From an uncultured delta proteobacterium (lineage in GTDB: Bacteria; Myxococcota; Myxococcia; Myxococcales; Anaeromyxobacteraceae): DNA of 64,000 bases. The stretch is taken from NCBI GenBank assembly GCA_963766715.1, contig CAVYBH010000011.1, positions 128,001 through 192,000 on the forward strand, in the 5' to 3' direction. The translations under genes were made by a program, and so were the position numbers. The notes beneath the pieces are model-generated. The model was given only the letters and a program-made list of their open reading frames with translations, ran no database searches and had not been told where the DNA came from. Shown here in pieces: positions 24,173-35,809 of the stretch (the stretch's first letter is position 1; the number at the start of each line of letters is the position of its first letter).

Positions 24173-24976
24173 GTGCTCCGCCGCACCTTCCAGCTCACGA
24201 GCGGCATCGGCCCCTGGCGCGAGCGCCAGCTCTGGTCGCAGGGGATCGCGACCTGGGACGATCTCGAGGCGCGGCGGGGCGACGTCGCGTCGAAGCTCGA
24301 CGGCCGGCTGCTCGAGGCCGTGGCTCGGGCCCGGGCCGCGGTCGCCGCGGGGGACGCCGGTGCGCTCGCCGCGATGATGCCCGCCCGGGAGCGGTGGCGG
24401 CTGCTTCCCGTCTTCGCGGAAGACACCGCCTTCCTCGACATCGAGACCGACGGCGGCGAGACCGTCACCGCCATCGCCGTGCTCGACCGCGCCGGCCCGC
24501 GCGTCTTCCTGCGGGGCCGGGATCTCGACGACTTCCCCGCCGCCACCAGCGGCTGGAAGCTCCTCGTCACCTACAACGGCCTCTCCTTCGACGTCCCCAT
24601 GCTCCGTCGCGCCTTCCGCGGGTGGCGCCCGCCCCCGGCCCACGTCGACCTCCGCCACCTCTGGGCGCGCCTCGGCCACAAGGGCGGCCTCAAGCTGCTC
24701 GAGGAGGCGCAGGGGATCGGGCGGCCCTCCCACCTGGCCGGACTCTCCGGCTGGGACGCGGTGCTCCTCTGGCGTCGGCACGAGGCCGGGGATCCCGCCG
24801 CGCTCCGGCTCCTCGTCGAGTACAACCTGCACGACGCCGTGAACCTGAGCGCGCTGGCCAGCCTCGGCTACAACCGGATCGTCGAGCGGCTCGGCCTGCC
24901 CGCCGACCCCGTGCCCGTCCGGCACCGCGGGGACTGGCTGTACGACATGACCCGGCAGCTGCTGGCGCTGGGATGA
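24173..24976 (+). CDS. RNase_H_2 (YprB-like) DEDD 3'-5' exonuclease
   Basis: GIGPWRERQLW, FLDIETDG, VTYNGLSFDVP, HVDL, GGLKLLE, LVEYNLHDAVNL. Confidence 0.88.
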   Translation: MLRRTFQLTSGIGPWRERQLWSQGIATWDDLEARRGDVASKLDGRLLEAVARARAAVAAGDAGALAAMMPARERWRLLPVFAEDTAFLDIETDGGETVTAIAVLDRAGPRVFLRGRDLDDFPAATSGWKLLVTYNGLSFDVPMLRRAFRGWRPPPAHVDLRHLWARLGHKGGLKLLEEAQGIGRPSHLAGLSGWDAVLLWRRHEAGDPAALRLLVEYNLHDAVNLSALASLGYNRIVERLGLPADPVPVRHRGDWLYDMTRQLLALG

Positions 24977-25986
24977 GCCTGCTCGGGCTCGCCGCGATCG
25001 TCACCATGCTCGGCGCGACGCCACCGCCCCCGCCCCAGCCGCGCGACGAGGAGGGCCGGTTCCTCAACCTGGACCCGCGCGAATCGCACGGGTTCGGCGA
25101 CGTGCTCCGCTGGCAGCTGCTCGACCGGATCTCCGGCGCCAAGCGCTCCAGCCCGGACCGCGCGCCCGTGCCCACCGTCCCGCCGGACCGCGAGCGGCTG
25201 CGCGAGCCGCCCGCGCGGGGCGAGGGCGCGCGCATCACCTGGCTCGGCCACTCCTCGTTCCTGGTGCAGCTCGACGGGGTGTCGATCCTCGTCGATCCGG
25301 TCCTCGGCGATCGCATGGGACCGGCCGGCCTGATGTCGCGGAACGTGCCGCCCGCCCTGCGCCCCGAGGACCTGCCTCGCATCGACGCGTGCCTCGTCTC
25401 CCACGACCACTGGGATCACATGGACGTGCCCACCCTGCGCGCGGTGGGGGCCCCGGTGCTGGCCGGCCTGGGCACCGACGCGCCGCTCGCCCGGGAGAAG
25501 CTGGGCCACGTGCCGCTCCGCTGGTGGCAGACGGTGAGGATCCGCGACGTCGCCGTCACCTTCGTGCCGGCGCAGCACTTCAGCGGCCGCGGGCTGGGCG
25601 GCCGGGATCGGACGCTCTGGGGCGGCTTCGTGATCCAGGGGTCGTCGGCCACGCTCTACCACGCAGGCGACACGGGCTACTTCTCCGGGTTCAAGGAGAT
25701 CGGACGCCGCTTCCCCGGGATCGACGCCGCCCTGATCCCCATCGGCGCCTACGACCCGCGCTGGTTCATGAGTCCCGTGCACGTCGACCCGGAGGAGGCG
25801 CTCCAGGCCTTCGAGGACCTGGGGGCCCGGACGTTCGTGGCCATGCACTGGGGCACCTTCAAGCAGTCCGACGAGCCGCTCGACGAGCCCCCGGTCCGGC
25901 TCGAGGCGGAGCGCGTCCGGCGCGCCATTCCGCCGGAACGCGTGAAGGTCCTCGCCGTCGGAGAGACACTCGACGTCAAGCACTGA
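24973..25986 (+). CDS. MBL-fold metallo-hydrolase (NAPE-PLD/RomA-like), exported
   Basis: TWLGHSSFL, SHDHWDHMD, PAQHFSGR, LWGGF, HAGDTGY, PIGAYDP, MHWGTF. Confidence 0.92.
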   Translation: MSLLGLAAIVTMLGATPPPPPQPRDEEGRFLNLDPRESHGFGDVLRWQLLDRISGAKRSSPDRAPVPTVPPDRERLREPPARGEGARITWLGHSSFLVQLDGVSILVDPVLGDRMGPAGLMSRNVPPALRPEDLPRIDACLVSHDHWDHMDVPTLRAVGAPVLAGLGTDAPLAREKLGHVPLRWWQTVRIRDVAVTFVPAQHFSGRGLGGRDRTLWGGFVIQGSSATLYHAGDTGYFSGFKEIGRRFPGIDAALIPIGAYDPRWFMSPVHVDPEEALQAFEDLGARTFVAMHWGTFKQSDEPLDEPPVRLEAERVRRAIPPERVKVLAVGETLDVKH

Positions 25987-26152
25987 CCCGGGCTGGACGC
26001 TGGGTGATGCCCCAAACGGGATCGCAGCTGTCGCACCTTTGCCTCCACGCTCCGTGCGCCCCGCGTGGTGTCTCGCGAATGGGAGCTTCACAGGACTACA
26101 ATCGAGCCTCGACCCGCCGGGCGTTCCCGTGCGCGACCGAAGAGGAGAGCAC

Positions 26153-27598
26153 GTGGCCCAAGGTGAATCCCCGGTTCTGGCCGCGTCCTTCGAGCGCGTG
26201 GTGGGCGATCGGCTGGTGGCCGCCGAGCGGCTCGCCGCCTGGCTTCCCGAGATCCTCGGCGGCGCGCTGGTCGACGCCGACGTGGGCTACAGCCCGGCGT
26301 CCCGGTCCTTCCTGATCGTCGCCCGGACGTCGGGGCTCAAGCCCGCCGCCGAGGCCCGCTTCCGCTACTGGTGCGCGCGCGCCGGCGGGATGCCCTGGAA
26401 CCTCGTCGCCGAGAAGCCCGATGTGCGTGCGGCGATGGAGGAGCGGGCGGCCCGGTGCGAGATCCGATCGGCCGGCGTGCCGCCGCAGAACCTGGGCGCC
26501 GTCGTCGCCAAGATCGCCAACGTGGCCGGGGCGCCCGCGGACCGCCGCCCTGCCTCCCAGGTCCAGCCCACCCTCTCCATGGACGCCGGCAGCGCCGCCT
26601 TCGCCTCCGTCACCTGGGACCCCGCGGCCCGGAGGCTCTTCGTCCCCGGCGTGAGCGCGCCTCCGGTGGGAGACGTCGTCCGGCTGCTGCTCCGCGTCCC
26701 GCGGATGGACCGGCCGCTCGAGGCGAGCGGTCGCGTGATCGAGGTCCGCAACGAGCCCGACGCGGGCCCCGGAAAGGCGGCCGGGTTCACCCTCTCGGTC
26801 GACGGTCTCTCCGCCGTCCTGGCCGCGGCCCTCGCCACCCACGCCACGAGCTCGCACGACGCGGCGGTGAGCACCCGCGCCGCCCCGCGCTACGCGGTGA
26901 ACGCCCCGGTGAAGGTCCGGTCGGAGGAGGGCCCGACGGCCCGGCTCGAGTACGCGAGCCCGGAGGAGTTCGCCGACGACTACGTCGAGAACCTGTCGCA
27001 GGGCGGCGCCTTCGTCCGCACGCAGGCGGCGCTGCCGGAGGGGACGAAGCTCTCCCTCGACATGCGGCTGCCGGGCGGCGTGGAGTTCCGCGCGCCGGCC
27101 ACGGTCATGTTCCGCAATCCGCGCGGCATGGGCGTGAAGATCGAGCTCGACGAGGAGGGGCGCCACAAGCTCGCGGCCGTGCTGGCGCGCATCTCGGCCC
27201 GGCCGCGCCGGGCCCTGGTGGTCGACGACGACGCCCTCATCCTCCGGGCGCTCACCGACTCGCTGCAGGCGCGCGGCTTCGAGGTGCTCACCGCCAAGGA
27301 CGGGCAGGAGGGGCTCCACATCGTGGCCGACGAGCTGCTCACGCTCGACCTCCTCGTGACCGACGTGCGCATGCCCGAGATGGACGGCGAGACCTTCGTC
27401 CGGACCATCCGCGGGGCCGGCGGCGAGTCGGAGCTGGCCATCGTGGTGATCGCGGGGACCCTCGACCCGGCGCTGGAGAAGCGCATGGAGAAGGCCGGAG
27501 CGGACGCGGTGCTCGACAAGGCGCTCGGCCCCGAGGACCTGGCCGCCGCGGCGGATGCCGCGCTCGAGCAGAAGCGGATCGCGGCGCAGTCGAGCTAG
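26153..27598 (+). CDS. PilZ-like + PilZ + C-terminal receiver domain signalling protein
   Basis: RAAPR (RxxxR) and NLSQGG (NxSxxG) PilZ motifs; ALVVDDD..LLVTDVRMP..DAVLDK receiver. Confidence 0.85.
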   Translation: MAQGESPVLAASFERVVGDRLVAAERLAAWLPEILGGALVDADVGYSPASRSFLIVARTSGLKPAAEARFRYWCARAGGMPWNLVAEKPDVRAAMEERAARCEIRSAGVPPQNLGAVVAKIANVAGAPADRRPASQVQPTLSMDAGSAAFASVTWDPAARRLFVPGVSAPPVGDVVRLLLRVPRMDRPLEASGRVIEVRNEPDAGPGKAAGFTLSVDGLSAVLAAALATHATSSHDAAVSTRAAPRYAVNAPVKVRSEEGPTARLEYASPEEFADDYVENLSQGGAFVRTQAALPEGTKLSLDMRLPGGVEFRAPATVMFRNPRGMGVKIELDEEGRHKLAAVLARISARPRRALVVDDDALILRALTDSLQARGFEVLTAKDGQEGLHIVADELLTLDLLVTDVRMPEMDGETFVRTIRGAGGESELAIVVIAGTLDPALEKRMEKAGADAVLDKALGPEDLAAAADAALEQKRIAAQSS

Positions 27599-27603
27599 TG
27601 GCT

Positions 27604-29472
27604 CTAGCGGCAGGAGGCGTCGACCGGCACGTCGGCCGACACCGATCCCAGCCCGTCGCTCGCGGCGAGCGCGAGCCACCCGCCCGGGCGCGTTCCGCCG
27701 CACACCAGGTCCCCGCACAGGGAGAGGCCGATCGCGCACCCCTCCGGCGGGCAGGACGCCGGCGGGACCCCGGCCGCGAGGCAGTCCCCGGAGGACGTGG
27801 CGGTCAGGTCGAGCGGGTCGCCGTCGTCGTCGACCAGGAGCGGGACGGCAGCCGAACCCGACGCGTAGCCCATCCCGAAGCCCGTGCAGGCGTGCCCCAC
27901 CGGGTCGATCTCGCAGCAGACGCTGGAGCGGGTGCAGGTCGTGGACAGCGCCACGGCCGTCGCGAGCAGCCGCGGCGCCCGGTTGCGGATCTCGAGCGCC
28001 GTGGACTGGGCCGGGCCCGCGCCGAAGGGGTCGCGCGCCGAGACGCGGATCGACCGGGTGCCCGCGATGGCGGAGGCCGCGGGCCTCCCCGGGTAGGCCG
28101 CGCTGCAGGTGATCCAGGCGGTGCCCTGCCGGTTCTCCACGGCCGTGCAGAGCGGGTCACCCGCGGCGGAGAGAAAGACGGGGTCGCCGTCGTCGTCCAC
28201 CCAGGACGAGAGGGCGGCCTGGGCCAGGTAGCGACCGGTGGCGGCGTCGAAGCGGTGGTCGACGGCCGCGCTCGCGACGGCCGCCGACAGCCGGGGTGCG
28301 CGGTTCGAGATGGAGAGGTCCCAGCCGGCGGCCCCGCGCGCGCCGTTCACGTCGGCGACGACCAGGTCCACGCGCCGCCGGACGTCCGGACCGAGGAGGA
28401 AGGCCGCGTCGTCCGGCCGCGTGAAGGGCACGACCACGGTGACGTGGGCGCGATCGCCCAGGCTGCTGCGCCTCGAAGACCGCGCCGCCGTCGCCGGATC
28501 GGGTGGTCGTGAACCCGATGGGCGCGACCGGGTCGCCGTCGGGATCGCTCCAGGTGGCAGCCGGCGTGTCGCCGGAGGCCACGAAGCTCCGGGTGGCCGG
28601 CTCGTAGGCGTGCGGCAAGGTCATGCTCCCTCCGCCCGACACGACCGGCGGCCGGTTGCCGACGTCGACCCGCTGCCGGCCGACCGCCACCAGCCCGCGC
28701 GAATCGGTGGCGGCCACGACGAAGGTGTAGCGGCCGGCGATGGCCGTGCCCGCGGTCTCGATGCGGACGCGGGGCGCGGCGACGGAATCGCCCGGCAGGA
28801 ACGTCACGCGCGGAGGCGGCTGGGAGGCCAGCTCGGGCGGGAGCTCGACGGTCCAGCGGAAGGTGAAGGTCACGCCCGGCGGGGCGCTCGCCGCGGCGGA
28901 GAGCGTCAGCTCGGAGGAGAGGCCGTTCCAGGTGGTGCAGGAGAGAGGGGTGCCGCTGCAGGCGTGGTCGACCGCGAAGTCGGGCAGGGGCGAGACGAGC
29001 GGGGCGTCGGTGGTGCCCTCGACGTGGACGCGGACGACGCGCTCGGCGCTGCCGAGGCCGAGCGAGTCGGTGACCGAGAGGACGACGTCGTGGTCGCCCG
29101 CGCACGGAAAGACCACGGTGAAGTCGGCTCCCCAACCGGAGGCGGGCAAGGGGGTCGCACCCGGAGGTGCCGGCCGGCGCCGAGGCCCGCCAGGCCCACG
29201 CCGTCACGGCGTCGCCCGGGTCGGCGTCGTGGCTCCCGCCGCCCCGGAAGACCGCGGGGCGGCTGACCCCGATCGAGAGCGGCGCCTCGATCACGGCCTG
29301 CGGAGCGGCGTTGGCCACGCACTGCCCGGACCGGCACCAGGATCCGGGGGCTGCACGTGGAGCCCCCGGAGCAGGCGCGAGGTTCGGGCAGGTCGCCGCA
29401 ACCCGCGTGGAGGGCGGCGAGGAGCACGGCGAGCAGAGGGAAGCACGGAGAAGTGACCAGGCGAGGTTGCAC
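27604..29472 (-). CDS. Cys-rich surface lipoprotein with PKD/Ig-like repeats (several frameshifts)
   Basis: Lipobox LHAGC; NAAPQAVI..SHDADPGDAVTAWAW; repeated NRPP/NRAP and DPDGDP/DDDGDP motifs; frame breaks near 29340, 29150 and 28460. Confidence 0.7.
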
Positions 29473-29727
29473 GGATACACCCTTTAGAATTAGGCAGTAG
29501 GTAGGATAATGTGGGAGTCCAATCGGCGCAACACGAGTGGAGCAAGGATGCGAAGAGCGTTCCGGACAGCATTCCAGCGCCATCCAGCCGCGGATGACCC
29601 CCCGGCGTCCGGGGTGCGACCGGTTCGTCCGAACGGCGGACCGCCGGGCTGCGCCCGGGAGCATCGGTTCGCCGCGCCGCAGCGCGACACCGCGATTGCA
29701 TCCGCCCTCGGTCTCGACCGACCAATC

Positions 29728-30700
29728 ATGCGCGCCACCCCGCTCGTCCTCGTGCTCCTCGCCGCGGCGCCCCCGGCCTGGGGCGCCGGGTCGAACGTGC
29801 CGCCAGAGGTGGAGGCCGCGCACGTCGCGGCCGACGCCGCCTACCGGGCCGGGGACTACCGCGGGCGCGGCCCGCCGCTGCCGGGACATCCTGGCCGACC
29901 TGGGAGAGCGCCCGGCCCGGGAGGCGCCCGAGGACGAATGGAAGCAGGACCCTCCTCCAGCTGGCCCTGGCGGAATCCACCGTGGGAAACGCGACGGCCG
30001 CCCGGGGGGCCATGGATCAGGTGCTGGCGATCGACCCGTCGGCCCAGCTCGATCCCGAGCTCTTCTCCCCGGCCTTTCGCCGCGAGTTCGAGCAGGCCCG
30101 GCAGCGGGTCGCCGCGCAGCCGCGCCTCGAGCTCACGGTGACCACGCGGAGCGGGAAGGGGCGCGCGTTCATCCAGGGACGCCAGGTCGGCGACGTGCCG
30201 GCCGGAGCGGCGCTGCCTGCCGGAACCTACCGGGTCGGGGTCGAGGACGGCGGCGGCTCCCGGACCGTCACGGTCGAGCTGGCGCGGAACGAGTCCATGG
30301 TCCTGGACGTCGCCGCGCCCCCCCCCGACCTCTCGGCGCGGCCGCCACCGGTATCACTTTCCGTGGCACCGCCGCAGACGGGGGACTGGATCCGCCCCAC
30401 CGCCTGGGCCACCACCGGCCTCGCGGTGACGGCCGCCGGCCTGGCCACCTGGCAGGGGGTGCTGGCCGCCGGCTCCTCGCGGACGCGAAGGCCATGCTGC
30501 TCCCCGACGGCTCGCTCAAGCCGGGGATCGACCCGGCCACCTACGCCGCCCAGGTGAGCGAGTACGACGGGCAGCGCACCCGCGCCTGGGTCGCCGCCGG
30601 GAGCGCGGTCGCGCTCGGGGCGGGGGCGACGGTGCTCTGGCTGCTCGTGCCGTCCGCGCCAGTCGAGCCGGCGCCCGGTGGCGCGGCCATCCGCTTCTAG
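29728..30700 (+). CDS. exported TPR + PEGA-like protein with C-terminal hydrophobic helices (frameshifts)
   Basis: Signal MRATPLVLVLLAAAPPAWG; LAIDPSAQLDPELFSP; LPAGTYRVGVE; C-terminal WVAAGSAVALGAGATVLWLL..GGAAIRF. Confidence 0.65.
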
Positions 30701-31996
30701 GGGCGGGCGGGCTCGGCCGCCGGGGGAGGCAGCGCTGCCCGCGCCGTCAACAGTCCCTCGAGCAGGACGCGGGACAGGTCCGGCCCCAGGTAGGTCCGCT
30801 TGGCCTCGCCGGTGCGGGCGCGGACGCCCTCGGGCGTCTCCACGTAGCCGACGTAGTCGCCGACGAGGGAGACCACCTCCGCCTCGGGCCCGCGCGGCCT
30901 CGCGCCACGATCGCCCCACCGCCTCGCCGGGCTCGGCCGGGACGAGGAGGAGGACCGCAGGTCCCGCTTGCAGCGCCACCACGCGCGTCCGCTCCGGGAG
31001 CCAGTTCCAGAGCAGGTTCGACAGCAGTCGATCGAGGAACGTGGGCACCGCGCCGAAGGACGGGGCGGGCAGGGTCACCTCGGCCGCCGCGGCGGCCAGC
31101 GCGGGCGCGTCGGACGGGGGCGGGAAGGGGAGGCGCCGGACCTCCTCGGCGACCCGTCGCGCGAAGTCCTCCGGCGTGGCGTCGCCCGCCGCCGGCGGCA
31201 CGACCCAGGTCTGGTCCCCCTCGGCGCCCTGGAGGAAGACCGTCACGCCGGGCAGGTCGCGCGCGAGCGCCCCCGGCCAGTCGCCGGAGAGCAGCCGGTT
31301 CCGGCTGCCCAGGACCGTGGCGTGGGCGGGAAAGACCACCACCTGCCCCAGCGGTTCACCCGTGGTCCGGTCCACCCGCAGTGCGAGCAGGCGGCCGCCC
31401 GGCTCGCCGCCGTCCCGGTTCCGCACCAGGTCGGGGCGCAGCGCCCGGGCCACCGACAGCCGGGCCGGCGCGAGCCCCGCCGCGGCGGCGCGAACGGCGC
31501 CGGCGATGCGTCCGGCCAGGGCGTCCTCCCAGGCGGGGTCGTGAGGCCCGGTGCCGAAGCGCGACCCCAGCGCGTCGTCCCAGTGGCCGCCCGGGCCGGC
31601 GTGGGTGTGGGTGGCGCCCACCAGCAGCGCATCGATGCGCAGGTCGGCGAGCTTCGCCTCCACCTTCGTCCGGAGCGCGGCGGGGACGAGCAGCACGTCG
31701 ACCGACGCGATGGCGACGGAGAGGCCCGGCTCGGAGAGGACGAGGGCGCGGACCATGGGCTCGTCGCGCACGCCCTGGCTCGCGTAGCGGAAGCGCGGGT
31801 AGCCGCCGACCGGTGTCCCCGGGGGCGCCGCGATCGGCACCGCCGCCGCGCCGGCCGCGAGCGGCCCATGGCCCCGCGCGGCCGAGAGGACGCGCGCCGG
31901 CCGCGCCTCGCGGGATCCGTGAACCGGAAAGATCGCCAGAAACAGCAGGGTTACGCCTGCCGCAGCGAGCGTCCAGCGCGTGAGCTTTTTCAGCAC
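30697..31996 (-). CDS. neutral/alkaline ceramidase-family hydrolase (frameshift near 30890)
   Basis: [57 protein letters not shown]. Confidence 0.8.
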
Positions 31997-32020
31997 CCAA
32001 CCGTTATACTTCGCCGCCTC

Positions 32021-33475
32021 ATGGGTTACGAAGCAGCCTTCGACAAGCTGAAGGACGAGTGCGGCGTTTTCGGCATCTGGGCCCTCGGGGGCGACCTCGA
32101 CGCGGCCAACTTCACGTACCTCGGGCTCCACGCGCTGCAGCACCGCGGGCAGGAATCGGCCGGGATCGTGGCCACCGACGGGAAGACCCTGCACATCCAC
32201 CGCGGGATGGGGCTCGTCGCCGACATCTTCACCGCCGCCGTCCTCGACACCTTGAAGGGCGGGGCCGCCATCGGCCACGTCCGCTACTCGACGACCGGGC
32301 AGAGCCACCTCAAGAACGCCCAGCCCATCGCCGTGCAGTACTCGGGCGGCGCGCTGGCGGTGGCCCACAACGGCAACCTCGTCAACGCCGAGCAGCTCCG
32401 CAACGACCTCGAGGCGGCGGGCTCCATCTTCCAGACCACGAGCGACACCGAGGTGCTGGTCCACCTCATGGCGCGCGCGCGCACCGAGTACCGCCCCGGC
32501 ACCCGCGATCACCTCCTGGGCTCGCTGCGCCAGGCCCTGGGCAAGGTGAAGGGGGCCTACAGCCTCGTCCTCCTCACCGAGACGACGATGATCGGCGCCC
32601 GGGATCCCATGGGCTTCCGGCCGCTGGTGCTGGGGCGCCTCAAGGGAAGCTACGTGCTGGCCAGCGAGACCACCGCGCTCGACCTCATCGAGGCCGAGTA
32701 CATCCGGGAGATCGAGCCCGGCGAGATGGTGGTGGTCGACGAGACCGGCTTCCACTCCGAGCGGATCTTCCCGGGCGTCGAGCCGGAGCGGACCGGGCGC
32801 TGCGTCTTCGAGCACATCTACTTCGCGCGCCCCGACTCCGTCCTCTTCGGCCAGTCGGTCTACGCCAGCCGCGCCGCCTTCGGCGCCCGCCTCGCGGCCG
32901 AGCAGCCGGCCGAGGCCGACCTCGTCATCCCGGTGCCCGACTCGGGCGTGCCTGCCGCCATCGGATACTCGAAGGCGAGCGGCATCCCGTTCGCCATGGG
33001 GCTCGTCCGCTCCCACTACGTCGGGCGCACCTTCATCGAGCCGGCCCAGTCCATCCGCCACTTCGGCGTGAAGCTGAAGCTGAACGCGGTGAAGGACATG
33101 CTGAAGGGGAAGCGGCTGGTGGTGGTGGACGACTCGGTGGTGCGCGGCACCACCTCCCGCAAGATCGTGAAGATGCTCCGCAACGCCGGGGCGACCGAGG
33201 TGCACATGCGCATCTCCTCGCCCCCCACGCAGTGGCCCTGCTACTACGGCATCGACACGCCCAACCGGCAGGAGCTCATCGCCAGCTCCCACAGCGTCGA
33301 GGAGATCGCGCGCTACGTGACGGCCGACTCGCTCGGCTATCTCTCCCTCGAGGGGCTGTACACGGCGCTCGGCGAGCAGCGCTCCCGCTACTGCGACGCG
33401 TGCTTCTCCGGCGAATACCTGCTCGAGTTCCCGAAGCAGAAGTCGCAGGCGCCGCTTCGCCTCGTCGGGGCGTGA
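32021..33475 (+). CDS. purF: amidophosphoribosyltransferase
   Basis: [60 protein letters not shown]. Confidence 0.98.
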   Translation: MGYEAAFDKLKDECGVFGIWALGGDLDAANFTYLGLHALQHRGQESAGIVATDGKTLHIHRGMGLVADIFTAAVLDTLKGGAAIGHVRYSTTGQSHLKNAQPIAVQYSGGALAVAHNGNLVNAEQLRNDLEAAGSIFQTTSDTEVLVHLMARARTEYRPGTRDHLLGSLRQALGKVKGAYSLVLLTETTMIGARDPMGFRPLVLGRLKGSYVLASETTALDLIEAEYIREIEPGEMVVVDETGFHSERIFPGVEPERTGRCVFEHIYFARPDSVLFGQSVYASRAAFGARLAAEQPAEADLVIPVPDSGVPAAIGYSKASGIPFAMGLVRSHYVGRTFIEPAQSIRHFGVKLKLNAVKDMLKGKRLVVVDDSVVRGTTSRKIVKMLRNAGATEVHMRISSPPTQWPCYYGIDTPNRQELIASSHSVEEIARYVTADSLGYLSLEGLYTALGEQRSRYCDACFSGEYLLEFPKQKSQAPLRLVGA

Positions 33476-33533
33476 TTGGGAGCTGCCGCCCCACGCGGCG
33501 GGTCCCTCGCGAACCCGTTTTCCGGGAGGACCC

Positions 33534-35511
33534 ATGGCAGTCACCTCGGTCGCCGTCGCCTCGCTCGCCTTCCTCCTCGCCGCCGATCCCGCCGTGGCGC
33601 CCGCGCCCGAGCGGCTCGCCACCGACTCCTCGCGGGTCACCTCCGCAGGGACGACCTTCACCGCTCCGGGCGGCTGGTCCATCGCGACCCGCGGGCAGGT
33701 GATGGTGCTCGAGCCTCCAGAGGCCGACTCCCGCCTGGCGGTCGTCGAGGTCCAGGCGAAGGACGCCTACGCGGCCGTCGCCGCCGCCTGGGCGGCCTAC
33801 CGGCCCGGTGCGAGGTGGCCGGTGAAGCTCGCCACGCCGCGCGCGCCCCGGGACGGGTGGGAGGAGCGGCGGTTCTTCGACTACGAGACCTCGCCGAACG
33901 AGCGCGCCACCGTCTTCGCACTGGCCGAGCGCGCCGGCGCGAGCTGGACCGTCGCCATCGTCGACGCCAGCGACCCCACCTACGAGAAGCGCGCGGCGCA
34001 GTTCCAGCTGGCCATGGGAAGCCTTCGACCCGGAGGGCTACGCCCGCGAGCGCTTCGCGGGCCGGAAGGCGCACCGGCTCGACCCGGCGCGGATCGCCGA
34101 GCTGCGCAGCTTCCTCGAGGACGGGATGCGGCAGCTCGACATCCCGGGCGTGGCGTTCAGCCTCGTCCAGGACGGCAAGGTGATCCACGTGGGCGGACTG
34201 GGAGTGAAGGAGATGGGCAAGCCGGCCCCGGTCGACGCCGACACGCTCTTCCTCGCGGCCTCGAACACCAAGGCGCTGACGACCCTCCTCCTCGCGGCGC
34301 TGGCCGACGAGGGGAAGCTCGGCTGGGAGCAGCCGGTCACCGAGATCTACCCCGGGTTCAAGCTGGGCGACGCGGAGACCACCCGCCAGGTCCGGGTCAA
34401 GCACCTGGTGTGCGCCTGCACCGGCCTCCCGCGCCAGGACCTGGAATGGCTGCTCGAGTACGAGCGGGAGACGCCGGAGTCGGCGATGAAGCTCCTGGGC
34501 ACGATGCAGCCGACGAGCAGGTTCGGCGAGGTCTTCCAGTACAGCAACCTCATGGCGGCGGCAGCCGGGTTCATCGGCGGCCACCTGGCCGACCCGAAGG
34601 CCGAGCTCGGCGCCGCCTTCGACCAGGCCATGCGGAAGAAGCTCTTCGACCCGCTCGGCATGAAGACCACCACCTTCGACTTCGCCCGCGCCCTGAAGGG
34701 GAACCACGCGACGCCGCACGGCGACGACGTCGACGGCCGCACGCTGCCGGCGCCGGTGGGGCTGAACTACGCGGTCCTCCCCGTGCGCCCGGCCGGCGGG
34801 GTCTGGACCAGCGCGAGGGAGCTGACGAGCTACGTGCAGATGGAGCTCGCGAACGGGATGCTCCCCGACGGGCGCCGGCTGGTGTCCGAGAAGAACCTCC
34901 TCGAGCGCCGCAAGCCGCAGATCGCCCTGGGCGAGGATGCGACCTACGGCATGGGACTCATGGTGGACAACCAGTGGGGGATCCCGGTGGTCCACCACGG
35001 CGGGGACATGCCCGGCTACCACAGCGAGATGTTCTGGTTCCCCGAGAACGGCGTCGGCGCGGTGATCCTCACCAACTCGGACGCCGGCTGGCGGCTGCGC
35101 GGACCGTTCCTGCGGCGCCTCGCCGAGGTGCTCTTCGACGGGCGCCCGGAAGCCGAGGCCCAGCTCGCGAACGCCGCCGAGACGCGCAGGGCGGCCATCG
35201 CCAAGGCGCGCGAGCGGTTGGTGGTCCCGGCCGCCGGGGCGGAGGCGGCCAGGCTCGCTCCGTCCTACGGGAGCCAGAACCTGGGCCGGATCGCCGTCCG
35301 GAGGGAGGGCGCGGCCACGATCTTCGACTTCGGGGAGTGGCGGAGCGAGGTCGCGTCCCGCAAGAACGACGACGGCACGACCTCCTTCCTCACCATCGCG
35401 CCCACCCTGGAGGGCTTCGAGTTCGTCGTCGCCGCCCGGGAGGGGAAGCGCGCGCTGGTCATCCGCGACGCGCAGCACGAGTACGTCTTCGTCGAGGCGC
35501 CTTCCCCGTAG
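33534..35511 (+). CDS. beta-lactamase-family serine hydrolase, exported (frameshift near 34035)
   Basis: ASNTK (SxxK), FQYSN (YxN), LFDPLGM, PAGGVWTS, HHGG. Confidence 0.88.
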
Positions 35512-35538
35512 CGGGCGGACCGGTACCCGGAAAGGCGA

Positions 35539-35577
35539 AGCCGGCGGTCCCGGGTTCAGGGCCCGGGACGGCCGGCT
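35539..35577. terminator. GC-rich hairpin between convergent genes
   Basis: AGCCGGCGGTCCCGGG / GCCCGGGACGGCCGGCT inverted repeat (one mismatch). Confidence 0.5.
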
Positions 35578-35615
35578 CCACGGGCTCCAGCACCGGAGCC
35601 CCTCCCCCGCCTCGA

Positions 35616-35809
35616 CTATCCGTGCGCGGTGGACGCGGATTCCGCCGCGGCGACGGGCGAACGGGCGGGGACACGCTGGGCGCCGAGGAGATCTGGGCGA
35701 CGAAGGCGCCGAGGACGACGGCCAGGAAGCCGACGACGAAGGCGTCCTTCCAGCCGCGCCGCCTGTCGATCTCCGGGAAGTGCAGGGTTTGCCGGGTCTG
35801 GGTCGTCAT
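35616..35809 (-). CDS. small single-TM protein (probable frameshift near 35665)
   Basis: RBS GGAG then MTTQTRQTLHFPEIDRRRGWKDAFVVGFLAVVLGAFVAQISS; alternative frame ends ESASTAHG*. Confidence 0.55.

Noticed and set aside
25987..26152. c-di-GMP/GEMM riboswitch upstream of the PilZ-REC gene
   Set aside because: No recognisable GEMM consensus; only a TACAAT -10-like hexamer is evident
33534..35511. Antibiotic-resistance beta-lactamase
   Set aside because: SxxK/YxN/HxG motifs with long N- and C-terminal extensions fit generic serine hydrolases/peptidases; no evidence for resistance function
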